Assembly (NCBI GenBank): GCA_002373375.1
Contig: DFLE01000001.1
Span: forward strand, 1,970 to 65,969
DNA length: 64,000 nt
Direction of reading: 5' to 3'
DNA from: Prevotellaceae bacterium UBA3627
Lineage (GTDB): Bacteria; Bacteroidota; Bacteroidia; Bacteroidales; Bacteroidaceae
Both the position numbers and the translations under genes were made by a program. Each line of letters opens with the position of its first letter. Position 1 is the first letter of the stretch. The notes beneath the pieces are model-generated. The model did not search any database, was not told where the DNA came from, and saw only the letters and a list, made by a program, of their open reading frames with translations. Positions 37,601 to 46,322 of the stretch are shown here, in pieces.

Positions 37601-40600
37601 AACTGACGGTGCGACAGTGGCCGCAGGGACTACGATAAGGGTGCCGGTATTCTACGGCACGATAGTCCGTCTCTATACCGTGGGTGACGTTGTCCCCTCG
37701 GTCAGCGTGATTGACTCTGAGCTTGCTAATCCTATGACCATGAGTGCGGATGGTAATGTGCTCTCATACAAGCATTACGGTGACAAGGATACCATAACGC
37801 TGACTCTCGGCGCCGGTACCTATGAGCAGCTCTATGTGAACTATGCTCCGTCAGGAATGCCTAAGTTCGCCAATGACCTGCAGAGCGACTACTATTGTGA
37901 GACTGGCAAGAGTGTCACCATGTCGGTGGTGGCCTCTGACGGTGTGACCTACCAGTGGTACAAGAACACTAAGTTGTCTAATACAGGTGGAACGCTCATA
38001 GTTGGTGCTACTTCTGCGTCATATACAGCTACCCGTAATACTGACGGCTCGGATTATTACTATGTCAGAATACATAATAACTATGGCGACACTTATTCTT
38101 CATGTACTACCGTAACTTATTACTCTTACGTCACTCACGACTTCGTGACGTGGGATGCGGCCGATGCTAATGCGTATAAGGTAGGCAGTAACGATGACGG
38201 CATGTATTACGGCATAGCGCAGGCTGACGCTATTAAGGCATATAAGTATATCTATCCTTACGGAATGGCGGGATATTACTCAGTACAGAATGGTGACTTG
38301 CGAATACGTACTACAGAGGGATTGCGTGAGGGTCTGAAGAACTTCGGTTCTGGTCCTCGTTACCTGCATATCAATAACATGAAGAAGGGCCAGCATATAT
38401 ATATCACAGGTAATGCGCTGAATGCCCATTTCTATACTACAGAAGGGTTACGAGATAACGGCGGCGGCTTTAGAGATGCCGGTAAGTTCACTGTCACTTT
38501 CTCTGAGGGCAACACCAAGGCAGACCTCGAGATGACCCAGGATGGTCATATCATGATATATGTGGCGCGAGCAGCAGCTTTGCGAACCATTACCCTTCCT
38601 ACGAAATACACTCCTGTCATAACCAAAGACCTGGAGGAGTCGTATGTGGTGGACAAGGACTCAAAGGTCACCCTTAAGGTTGAGGCAAGACCAGCCGCTG
38701 AGATAGAGGGACAGAACCTTGTGTATGAGTGGTACAAGAACACTTCTAACTCTAACAAGGGTGGAACACTCATAGCAGGTGCGGACAGCTCTTCTTTGGT
38801 AATCGACAAGGTTACGGAGAACGCTTTCTATTACTGTCTGGTGAAGAACTCGGTGACAGAGACCGTCGCTGCCTCAAGCCCGGCAGCCGTAGGCTACTAT
38901 GTGACAGTGACATTTAAGAATAATGACGCCGCGGCATACGGTGAGGCTCCAAAGAGTGCCAAGGTTCAGGGTGGTGTGCCTTACACCATACCTGTCAACC
39001 AGACCCTGATAAAGGACGGCTATACACTTACCGCGTGGAAGGTCGGCGATTCCAAAGTCGCAACAGGAGGTGAGTTCACACCTCAGAATGATGTGACACT
39101 GACACCTGTCTTCACCCAGAATGCGGACAACGCCTCATTGGCGAAGCGTCCTGATCCGATGAGCATCCACTGGGTGTTCAGTACGGCTAACGGCTCAGCC
39201 GAGTATAATGACAGTGTGTCAGCCAACGTCAATCAGGTGTCTGTCAACAACAGCACCATCGATGTGGGCATCAAGATGACCAAGGGCGACAACCAGAAAA
39301 ACTCTGTCATGGCTTCTACCGGCTGGCTGAATGCTAATAATGGCGACTTCGTGCTTCCTGTAGTCAAGGGAGCAAAGGTAACGCTCTCTGTGTATAATAC
39401 TACAGGTATCACCATAAACGGCGAGAGCATAGCATACAGCGCAGACAAGGGACAGACCGGAGCTGTGAAGTATGAATACACCTACATGGGTAAAGACAAG
39501 GAAATCACCCTTAATGTGGGAGAGAACTACATAAAGGATATCACTATTGACTATCCGTTCCCCGAGGTGCTTGAGGCTGACAAGGAAAAGTATGAGCTTG
39601 CCATCAAGGATGCCAAGGCTGCTAGCAAGTCAGTTGTCGTGAAAGTAACAGGACGCAACCTCGTAGGCGGCAGTTCGGTGACGCTTGTCAAGGACGCCAA
39701 GGGCGACAATGTCACTGTAGTGCCGGAGGAGTTTAGCGTAGCCGATGACGGCACCGTGTCACAGGAGATACTCGTCACCTACGCCGGAAGTGCCGTTCAT
39801 GCGGCGGACTCCACTGTGCTCAAGTTCCGCTACAGTGATGACGTGGAGGCAGAATTCAAGGTGATGTTCAGCCGTGAGAAAGCATATACCGGCACATCTA
39901 AGCTCACAGCCATATCTAAGAAGACAGTGTGGAACTGGGCTGGTTCCACCTCTAACATCACGCCGGAGCAGGACGCATATTTCGTGTTCCGTGATATCAC
40001 GCTGGACGATGGTGTGTCATGGCCTGAGACCATCACACCGGCCAACCTTGCTGGTGTGGGTACATACTTCGCTCATAACAGCGTGAAGTGCTTTGAGGGT
40101 AAGGAATTGTACTTCGAGACTACTCGAAAGGGTACGGTAGAGGTGGACTTCTCATCTACCGCCTCTAACAGCATCACGCTTGCCGTGAATGACAAGGATA
40201 CTGAGTACACGAGCGCAAGCACCTCTGTCGTAACAACAAAGCAGAAGATTGCTGTGGATTCAGGTCTGGTGAAGCTGTGGGCTCACACCACAGGTATTGC
40301 CACGGGCGAGCAGAACGTGCGTATATATAAGGTGACTTTCACGCCAGACGCGGAGAAGCCGACAATCGTGCTTGACGCAGAGACTTCCTCGTTTACCATA
40401 ACGGGATCAGCCGATGTCAACCTGCGTGATGATGATCCTGACAAGGAGACGATATACTATACCATCGACGGCTCTGAGCCTTCACTTTCAAGCAACAAGT
40501 ATGGCGGCACTGCTGTCAAGCTCTACACCAACCGTACCATCAAGGCTATAGCGGTTGCCACGAACAAGAACAACTCTGAGGTTGACAGCCTGACGACGGA

Positions 40601-43600
40601 TATGAAGACATATAAGCTCACAGTGGGAGTTTATCCTTCAAACTCTGGTCGCGTTGTCCTTTCTCCTACAGTACCGAACAATGAATATACCCTTAACTCA
40701 GAGGTCACCCTGAAAGGTGTGGGTATGACGGGTTATGGCGTGCGTGGCTGGGCCAAGAGTCGTACGGATATAGCCGATGGTAAATTTGAGAATGAGAACA
40801 AGTCTTCTTATACTGTAACCATAGACTCCGTTTCCAATGAGTTTTGGGCAGTGTTCAAGAAAGGAGTGGAGGTCACTGTCATATATGACGTGGCTAATGC
40901 CAAGTTCCTTGACAAGAGTGATAATGTGGTGTCTGGTTTTGAAATCGAAAACTACAGAGCTTATTTCAATATGCAACACATGAAATCGCCTGTTGTCTCT
41001 GGTTCCATAACAGCTCCTGCCACATATCCTTTATATACGGGCTTCTTCCATAATGGCTGTCCTTACTCATTGATTTACTGGGAGGATACAGACGGCGAGA
41101 AATATGAACTGGGAACCAATACGGTTGTCGCAGAGTCAAATAAGACCGTTACCTTGATTCCGGTATATAAGCAGAACGTATGGTCAACATTCCTTGAGAC
41201 ACGTAAGTCCAAGTTTGATGTCACATGGCATTTCAGCCGCTCTGAGTTCGCACACCCGGCAACTGTAGCGTCAGGCAATACTTTCTGGCTCGCCACGAAT
41301 ACAGAACACTTGGATTATTTTGACCAGTTGGGTAATCCTGTCAGTGATCAGACCGTGGACATCGGTATAGAGATAGACACCTATGACTCCTCTGACTCTA
41401 TAGCCTTCACAAATGAAGAGATAGATACATGGGCATCAATCAAGCCGGGAACAAAGATACACATTCCTTCTGCTTACGGTGCGAAGCTTACCCTTGCCAC
41501 GTATGGTACTATCAACGGCGGTGGCGGCGGTACTACTATCAATGGTAAGAGTCCTGACAATGTATATGATGAGAAGATTCCGACAGATGAGTTGGGAGCA
41601 TACCTCTATACATGGACTATACAAAACGATGAAGAGTCGGCGGAACTCTATATTGGTAATGACTTCTCTTATTACCGTTACATTAAGGGTGAGTATATGG
41701 AGGCTACAGAGTCTTACCTTAAGTACTCTTCCAACAATGATGAGATGGGTACCGTGACCGCTGCTCTCACCACTGATGATGACAAGTACACATCAAAAGA
41801 GTCTGAGTTGGGTCACTCATATCCTAAGTCGGCTAATGTCACCGTGACAGCTGAGCGCAAGGAGTTCTATGAACTGAAATACTGGCTTACCTCTGAGGGA
41901 ACGAAGATTTATCCTGACGGCAGATACCAGACTAAGAGTCAGCAGGCTGATAGTGTGTATAGCACTGTGTCAAACGGCACCAACATTGATGGTGTGATGT
42001 TCACAGGCGTAACCGGTGAGAATGAGATGAAGTACAGCATCAGCTTTAACCTTGACCGTTTCTATGACGTGCAAGCGGTATTCGGCGATCGCAACTCTTA
42101 CTATGTCAACTTCTCAGTCGGTGAAGGCAAGGGACTCGCCCTGCCGTTAGCCCATGTCGAGGAGGGTAAGAAATTCGACATGCCTGCTGGAAACTACAAT
42201 CTCTATAAGGACGGCTATACATTGAAGTATTATGTAGAGCAAGGCGTTGATAACAGTCCGCATTATGAGTTTGGCAAGTCATACGATATAGACCATAATA
42301 TGCGTCTCATACCTGTGTTTAAGGCTAACAACAAGTCGTTAATTGACATTACCGATGTTGAGGGCAGAACAGTCACATGGGATGTCAGCTATATGCAGTT
42401 CGACTTTACCGGTGCTAATGGTCACATGATTGCCCAGTTGCCGGTGGATGATAATGACACTATAGATGTACGTTGCTACTTCTCTGTGAATGACAACAAT
42501 GTTTCAGAGAAGATTAACGAGGGGTCGCTTGAGGTCAGCGCTGGTGCGGTGTTAGATATTATCTCTACATCTAACTGTGTGTTCAACGTCAAGACTGCTA
42601 CAGGTACAGAGTTTAAGGCTGGTGACGTGAAGATAGGCACTGATGACAAGCAGGCCGGTAATGACGTCAGTGTGGCAATTACCACGGCAAGCTCCGCCCA
42701 GCAGATAAAATTTGTCAAAGCTGCGAAGGTGAAGAGTATCAGTGTTACCTATAAGAGTCTCAATAAGCCAAGGTCTCTCAAGTCTGTCACCATAGGCAGT
42801 TCTCAGTTAAGTACTGAGCAACTGGCTACGCTGAACTCGACAACGAACTATACTCATACGTGCTCAGCGTCGGTAGTCTATGATGCTGACAATACGATGC
42901 CTGCTGTGACCGCGGTGCCTATGGATGCCGATGGCGCGACAGTAGATATAACACAGGCCACCATAGAAAACCAGGTTGCGACGATATTGATGAAAGTAAA
43001 TGGTATTACTATTGAGACATATAATATCTATTTCAACCTCGCTGATATGGTGTCACCTACATTCAGCAATGTCAAGGTCAATACCTCTGAGGTAAGTGTG
43101 AGCGGGGGAAGCAGCGTCAGCCTTGACGAAACAGAGCGTCAGTCAACAAGCGGAACGGTCAGCCTGACCTTCGATCATCCGATGAAGTCTGCGACTGTAA
43201 ATGCTCTCGGGCAGACTATGAACGCAGTGGCTACAGGTAATGTGTTACAGCTGACATATTGGAATCTTAATCCAAACACCTCTTATACATTGAATATACC
43301 GGAAAACAGTCTGGAGGATGTATATGGAGAGAAGTATGGCTCAGCTATAAGTATCACGTTCAAGACAGCGACAGTTTCAGCGGTAAGCTCAACCAAGTTC
43401 AATTATGTCGTGACCCACAAGATTCTGTGGGACGGCGTAACCCAGACGGCTAAGGATACCATTCAGTTCGTCGCTGACGACGTGATAGCCAACCTGAAGC
43501 GTCAGGACATCCAGTATGGTACTCTTGAGGAGGGCATAACGCTTGCCAACAAGGCGGGTGGCACGGAGCGTTTCCGCATCTTTGTGCCAAACGGAGAGTA

Positions 43601-45659
43601 CAATATGAAGGGTACGGAGCCGTTGATTGCCGCAGACTTGGCTGGTACGGTATATGGTAAGGATGCCAGTGGCAACTTCAGTAAGACTGTCGCCATCAAC
43701 ATCACCGATTATCCGCAGAACATGGTGGGCAACTCATATTACTACTATAACGGACGTTCGTTCCTCTCACGTAGTAATGTCTCTATTATCGGACAGAGTC
43801 AGGACAGCACTGTGATATACAGTGACCCGCGCGTAGCAGGAACCTACATGTCTTCCACACTGCGCATACAGTGGGATGTGGCAAACACCTATATGCAGGA
43901 TCTCACCCTTGAGAACCGTTTCTGTAACTCTCAGGGTAATAGTCCGGAAGCAGGTATAGACAAGAATGGAGGTGGTGCGTCAGCACTTTATGACAACGGT
44001 TATCATACCGTGGGCAAGAACGTGACGCTCAAGGCTCATGAGGGAACGTATGCCTCTCTCGTATGGGACGGAGGTACTCCACAGAATCCTAAGAAAGTAC
44101 ACGACACTGACAACTATTTCGAGGATTGTGAGTTGTGGGGCAGCATGTATCCGCTCTTCGAGCAGGGACAGGCATTCTGGAACCATCCTACTATAATACT
44201 GCGTGGCTCATCAAATACTTCATATCTCTCCTTGCTTGAGTCCGACAAGACTCAGAAGTGGGGCTATGTACTCAAGGGCGGTGTTGTCAAGGCGGAGAAT
44301 GATGCCGTGTATGCAAAGCAGAATAACAATTTCGCTCTTGGTTCGGGTATCCGTAACACCCCGGCTCAGACACTCATTGGCATGAAGTTTGATGTGGCAC
44401 CTCTCGCATCAGGTTATCTTAACTATCAGGGTTCGGGCAATGTAATGCGCTTCCATGAGTATGGTTCAAAGACATCTACGGATCTGCCTATGGATTTGTC
44501 AAGCCGTTCACTCGCTGTATTTGCTCCGGGAGCAGGTTCTGACGAGTGTGTCCTGACAGAGGAACAGGCTGCGGAGTACACATTGGCCAACGTGCTTGGT
44601 GGCAGCACAGCCTATGATCCTACCATCTACACCAAGCAGGTGGATCTCACAGGTGTGTTATTGTCACAGTCTGACGAGGGTATCACATGGACGGGCAGCA
44701 ACGAAGCTCTCTGTTACTTTATCTTCCGTCAAAATGAGAAGACAAAGGAGTTTGAGTTCTATGACATCACTACAAGAACCATATATCAGCCTGACACTGC
44801 ACAGACCGGTCGCGTATTCTATGTGCGTGCCGCCAACGAGCGCGGCGGACTGGGCAAACCGTCAAAGACGATTGTTTACCAGAACCTTGGTGAGTTTATC
44901 TTAAAGGTGTCACACCTCACTAATGACGTAGGTTTCTGTGAGGACAGCAATAAGAAGGAAGAGTGGACAGGATGGAGTACTATCTGTCTGCCGCACAATG
45001 CCAAGGTGCCTTCGACCAGTTACAATGAAGACGGTTCAGACGGAACAGGTAATATCACAGTCTATGGTGCCCAAGGAGCCCTCGGTGGTGAGAAGAATGT
45101 CATTGTCTTGAAGAAAGTTTCTTATATCAAGGCGAATATGGGTTACATCGTCTATGCAACCACTGGTGAGTCTTCTATGAACTACTGCTTCAAGTACACA
45201 TGGGATTCCAGTGTCGCATCATCTACTACTTCTGACAGTTACCTTGACGGTAACCCGTCAGACAAGGATGTGGCAGTAGGTACGGTCAACTGTTACACTA
45301 TGGCATACAAGAAGACCATCAACCCTGATTGCGTCGGCTTCTATAAGTTCATCGGCGACATGATACCAGCTCACAAGGCGTATCTGACCGTTGAGACGCT
45401 GGCAGATAAGGGATTCAAGCTCGACACTACAGGCGCAAATTCAAAGGAGCTCAACTTCCGCTTCCTCTTTGACGAGGATGATGAGAACTACTATGAGTAC
45501 GAGGAAGATGCCGACGGCATTGACGATGTCAGAGTAACCCGTGATGGTGATGAGGAGACCGTCTTTGACCTCAGCGGCAAGCGACTCGACAAGTCACAGC
45601 TCCGCAAGGGTATGGTATATGTCATCGGCGGTAAGAAAGTACTGTGGAACGGAGAATAA
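34680..45659 (+). CDS. Giant (3659 aa) secreted multidomain protein with Ig-like/B-repeat/FN3-associated modules, a degenerate CE8 (pectin methylesterase-like) domain and T9SS-type C-terminus
   Basis: YQWYKN Ig repeats, KDGYTL.GW B-repeats, IYYTIDGSEP; CE8-like FVPNGEY...NVSIIGQSQDST...MQDLTLENR but with catalytic motifs altered; C-terminal FDLSGKRL...VIGGKKV. The true start may be a downstream Met. Confidence 0.85.
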   Translation: MKFIKCNAMTRIMSNNKETMSLTKDNRKRSANMARFMVMVFLSLLMTAMGRLDVFADDLNKDINIEGYGVKYLYEFTTNTPQVLPTSGDLRYRAGFGLHNYGGGGRSANVSVKVSKDDILIFQEYTTTAGKTGPFLYNVTHATKDSELSDKLGYQVWKVNEDATSISLSLYRYGGISRMLRLRKSVNINFEKGADQTLVGDVPSSIVLTKSDSVKIPVNATLYKTGYTLTGWTDGVNNYKVNEISSIIDDVTLTPVLRANTVSQTESLKILESTFENVKWTENDASAAYVKSLDFNGEAQDVALIVKNRTITIDAVKGMKITFPEDMVSYFSCSATDITKSANIWTYTAGSSPITISYSGNNALLASIKVAYPMTESPVIYSNIPDTCNVRLDDELKLSIGVYNIDTERGDTYQWYKNSTASVDDASIISGATSNIYVVPTSIENKGTNFYFCKATNSKGSVVSKISCVTVNPVPEIHTDIEKLYAINIGDTKSISIGVYNMQLSGSTYQWYRNTIESTENAEPVTGATSNTYTLPSSEENKGTVYYYCIARNSEGADTSTITRVYVADYVMFDFKNGYNSYSENERTLGTKDGYIGFSTLKDLALRTVEGLEPMYEVPAKAVLYPYELSGYFGIAEYTEGAIQIVPGTGLQNNTNERPLIITNVKPGEVVKIIGPTLKTITAQSNSNGGRAEYDIYANADSTVYNLLVKTAGNLTFTLARSGGTTIQYIYVANRHRPTVTTSLDGGTREIARNSTSTLSIAATADDSNPLTYQWYRADNDTIRGGREIKGATGSEYTTVAGESYYYYCVAFNSVTGTADVSKKTTHVETTPEFRYKNNDAAATGELPADQVIPVGGTHTVEKRNYLMFKDGYTLKGWTDSTVVADTLVLTHQFGKGYTTVNDRVLYPYFTKNNRLLDDIVTNVIVRWPFATDNDAPTVTWDDEKEHILPSQAVVTDENQDLAARIKSTGFTTGTDGATVAAGTTIRVPVFYGTIVRLYTVGDVVPSVSVIDSELANPMTMSADGNVLSYKHYGDKDTITLTLGAGTYEQLYVNYAPSGMPKFANDLQSDYYCETGKSVTMSVVASDGVTYQWYKNTKLSNTGGTLIVGATSASYTATRNTDGSDYYYVRIHNNYGDTYSSCTTVTYYSYVTHDFVTWDAADANAYKVGSNDDGMYYGIAQADAIKAYKYIYPYGMAGYYSVQNGDLRIRTTEGLREGLKNFGSGPRYLHINNMKKGQHIYITGNALNAHFYTTEGLRDNGGGFRDAGKFTVTFSEGNTKADLEMTQDGHIMIYVARAAALRTITLPTKYTPVITKDLEESYVVDKDSKVTLKVEARPAAEIEGQNLVYEWYKNTSNSNKGGTLIAGADSSSLVIDKVTENAFYYCLVKNSVTETVAASSPAAVGYYVTVTFKNNDAAAYGEAPKSAKVQGGVPYTIPVNQTLIKDGYTLTAWKVGDSKVATGGEFTPQNDVTLTPVFTQNADNASLAKRPDPMSIHWVFSTANGSAEYNDSVSANVNQVSVNNSTIDVGIKMTKGDNQKNSVMASTGWLNANNGDFVLPVVKGAKVTLSVYNTTGITINGESIAYSADKGQTGAVKYEYTYMGKDKEITLNVGENYIKDITIDYPFPEVLEADKEKYELAIKDAKAASKSVVVKVTGRNLVGGSSVTLVKDAKGDNVTVVPEEFSVADDGTVSQEILVTYAGSAVHAADSTVLKFRYSDDVEAEFKVMFSREKAYTGTSKLTAISKKTVWNWAGSTSNITPEQDAYFVFRDITLDDGVSWPETITPANLAGVGTYFAHNSVKCFEGKELYFETTRKGTVEVDFSSTASNSITLAVNDKDTEYTSASTSVVTTKQKIAVDSGLVKLWAHTTGIATGEQNVRIYKVTFTPDAEKPTIVLDAETSSFTITGSADVNLRDDDPDKETIYYTIDGSEPSLSSNKYGGTAVKLYTNRTIKAIAVATNKNNSEVDSLTTDMKTYKLTVGVYPSNSGRVVLSPTVPNNEYTLNSEVTLKGVGMTGYGVRGWAKSRTDIADGKFENENKSSYTVTIDSVSNEFWAVFKKGVEVTVIYDVANAKFLDKSDNVVSGFEIENYRAYFNMQHMKSPVVSGSITAPATYPLYTGFFHNGCPYSLIYWEDTDGEKYELGTNTVVAESNKTVTLIPVYKQNVWSTFLETRKSKFDVTWHFSRSEFAHPATVASGNTFWLATNTEHLDYFDQLGNPVSDQTVDIGIEIDTYDSSDSIAFTNEEIDTWASIKPGTKIHIPSAYGAKLTLATYGTINGGGGGTTINGKSPDNVYDEKIPTDELGAYLYTWTIQNDEESAELYIGNDFSYYRYIKGEYMEATESYLKYSSNNDEMGTVTAALTTDDDKYTSKESELGHSYPKSANVTVTAERKEFYELKYWLTSEGTKIYPDGRYQTKSQQADSVYSTVSNGTNIDGVMFTGVTGENEMKYSISFNLDRFYDVQAVFGDRNSYYVNFSVGEGKGLALPLAHVEEGKKFDMPAGNYNLYKDGYTLKYYVEQGVDNSPHYEFGKSYDIDHNMRLIPVFKANNKSLIDITDVEGRTVTWDVSYMQFDFTGANGHMIAQLPVDDNDTIDVRCYFSVNDNNVSEKINEGSLEVSAGAVLDIISTSNCVFNVKTATGTEFKAGDVKIGTDDKQAGNDVSVAITTASSAQQIKFVKAAKVKSISVTYKSLNKPRSLKSVTIGSSQLSTEQLATLNSTTNYTHTCSASVVYDADNTMPAVTAVPMDADGATVDITQATIENQVATILMKVNGITIETYNIYFNLADMVSPTFSNVKVNTSEVSVSGGSSVSLDETERQSTSGTVSLTFDHPMKSATVNALGQTMNAVATGNVLQLTYWNLNPNTSYTLNIPENSLEDVYGEKYGSAISITFKTATVSAVSSTKFNYVVTHKILWDGVTQTAKDTIQFVADDVIANLKRQDIQYGTLEEGITLANKAGGTERFRIFVPNGEYNMKGTEPLIAADLAGTVYGKDASGNFSKTVAINITDYPQNMVGNSYYYYNGRSFLSRSNVSIIGQSQDSTVIYSDPRVAGTYMSSTLRIQWDVANTYMQDLTLENRFCNSQGNSPEAGIDKNGGGASALYDNGYHTVGKNVTLKAHEGTYASLVWDGGTPQNPKKVHDTDNYFEDCELWGSMYPLFEQGQAFWNHPTIILRGSSNTSYLSLLESDKTQKWGYVLKGGVVKAENDAVYAKQNNNFALGSGIRNTPAQTLIGMKFDVAPLASGYLNYQGSGNVMRFHEYGSKTSTDLPMDLSSRSLAVFAPGAGSDECVLTEEQAAEYTLANVLGGSTAYDPTIYTKQVDLTGVLLSQSDEGITWTGSNEALCYFIFRQNEKTKEFEFYDITTRTIYQPDTAQTGRVFYVRAANERGGLGKPSKTIVYQNLGEFILKVSHLTNDVGFCEDSNKKEEWTGWSTICLPHNAKVPSTSYNEDGSDGTGNITVYGAQGALGGEKNVIVLKKVSYIKANMGYIVYATTGESSMNYCFKYTWDSSVASSTTSDSYLDGNPSDKDVAVGTVNCYTMAYKKTINPDCVGFYKFIGDMIPAHKAYLTVETLADKGFKLDTTGANSKELNFRFLFDEDDENYYEYEEDADGIDDVRVTRDGDEETVFDLSGKRLDKSQLRKGMVYVIGGKKVLWNGE

Positions 45660-45681
45660 TTTTTTAATAGCATTTTTCGGG

Positions 45682-45716
45682 AGGCTATCAAGCGTGATGC
45701 TTGGTAGCCTTTTTTT
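45682..45716 (+). terminator. Rho-independent terminator after the 3659 aa gene
   Basis: AGGCTATCAAGC-gtgat-GCTTGGTAGCCT followed by a T run. Confidence 0.85.
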
Positions 45717-45811
45717 CGTTATATCGTTATATCGTTATATCGTCATCTCGTTATTTCGTTATTTCGTCATATCGTCATGTCGATGTTTCGTTATTTCGTT
45801 ATTCCGTTTTA
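45716..45811. repeat. Octamer tandem repeat (TCGTTATW-like) x12
   Basis: Read directly. Confidence 0.85.
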
Positions 45812-45823
45812 TGTGTTAAAATG

Positions 45824-45854
45824 TTTGGTAGATAAAAGAAATATATTATCTTTG
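45824..45854 (+). promoter_or_regulatory. Full Bacteroidetes promoter TTTG-N19-TATCTTTG
   Basis: -33 box at 45824 and -7 box at 45847. Confidence 0.7.
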
Positions 45855-46057
45855 CAGGTGTAAGGTGGAACAAAATTACCACCTTTACACGTTAACTGAC
45901 TATAAAATTAACTGATAAAAGCCATGCAGGTACATGCTGGCACAGTAAAACTAACTATTATCTAACTATATAAACAAATAGTAATAAGAGAGACAAGAAA
46001 ACAATAGACATATATAGGTAACTAACTATTATTCAGCCTTTAGAGACTTGTTAATTG

Positions 46058-46108
46058 AAAATCCTTTTAGTAGTAAAGATGCGAAATCTGTACTACTAAA
46101 AGGATTTT
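46058..46108 (+). terminator. Long stem-loop (terminator or attenuator) in the 45.7-46.3 kb gap
   Basis: AAAATCCTTTTAGTAGTA...TACTACTAAAAGGATTTT, an 18 bp inverted repeat. Confidence 0.65.
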
Positions 46109-46188
46109 GCATTTGTTAAACAATCTTAATTTAGGGCGAATGGGAGCTATTTGGTATATTTTTACCCCTCGGTTTTGAGTGTAATTGC

Positions 46189-46196
46189 TATTTTTG
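46189..46196 (+). promoter_or_regulatory. -7 element (TATTTTTG) upstream of the 3504 aa gene
   Basis: TAnnTTTG match. Confidence 0.45.
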
Positions 46197-46322
46197 CATA
46201 TTGAAAAATACTGCGTAATAGGGGATGACCTCCCGTGTTACGTCGGTGAGTGGTGTTATTCGCCATAATAAATCAACTGACATATACAAAGCAAAACCAA
46301 CTGACAAGATATCATATAGCCT

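Noticed and set aside
45717-45819. ORF tail reading FVISLYRYIVISLFR
   Set aside because: Translation of the octamer tandem repeat downstream of a terminator.
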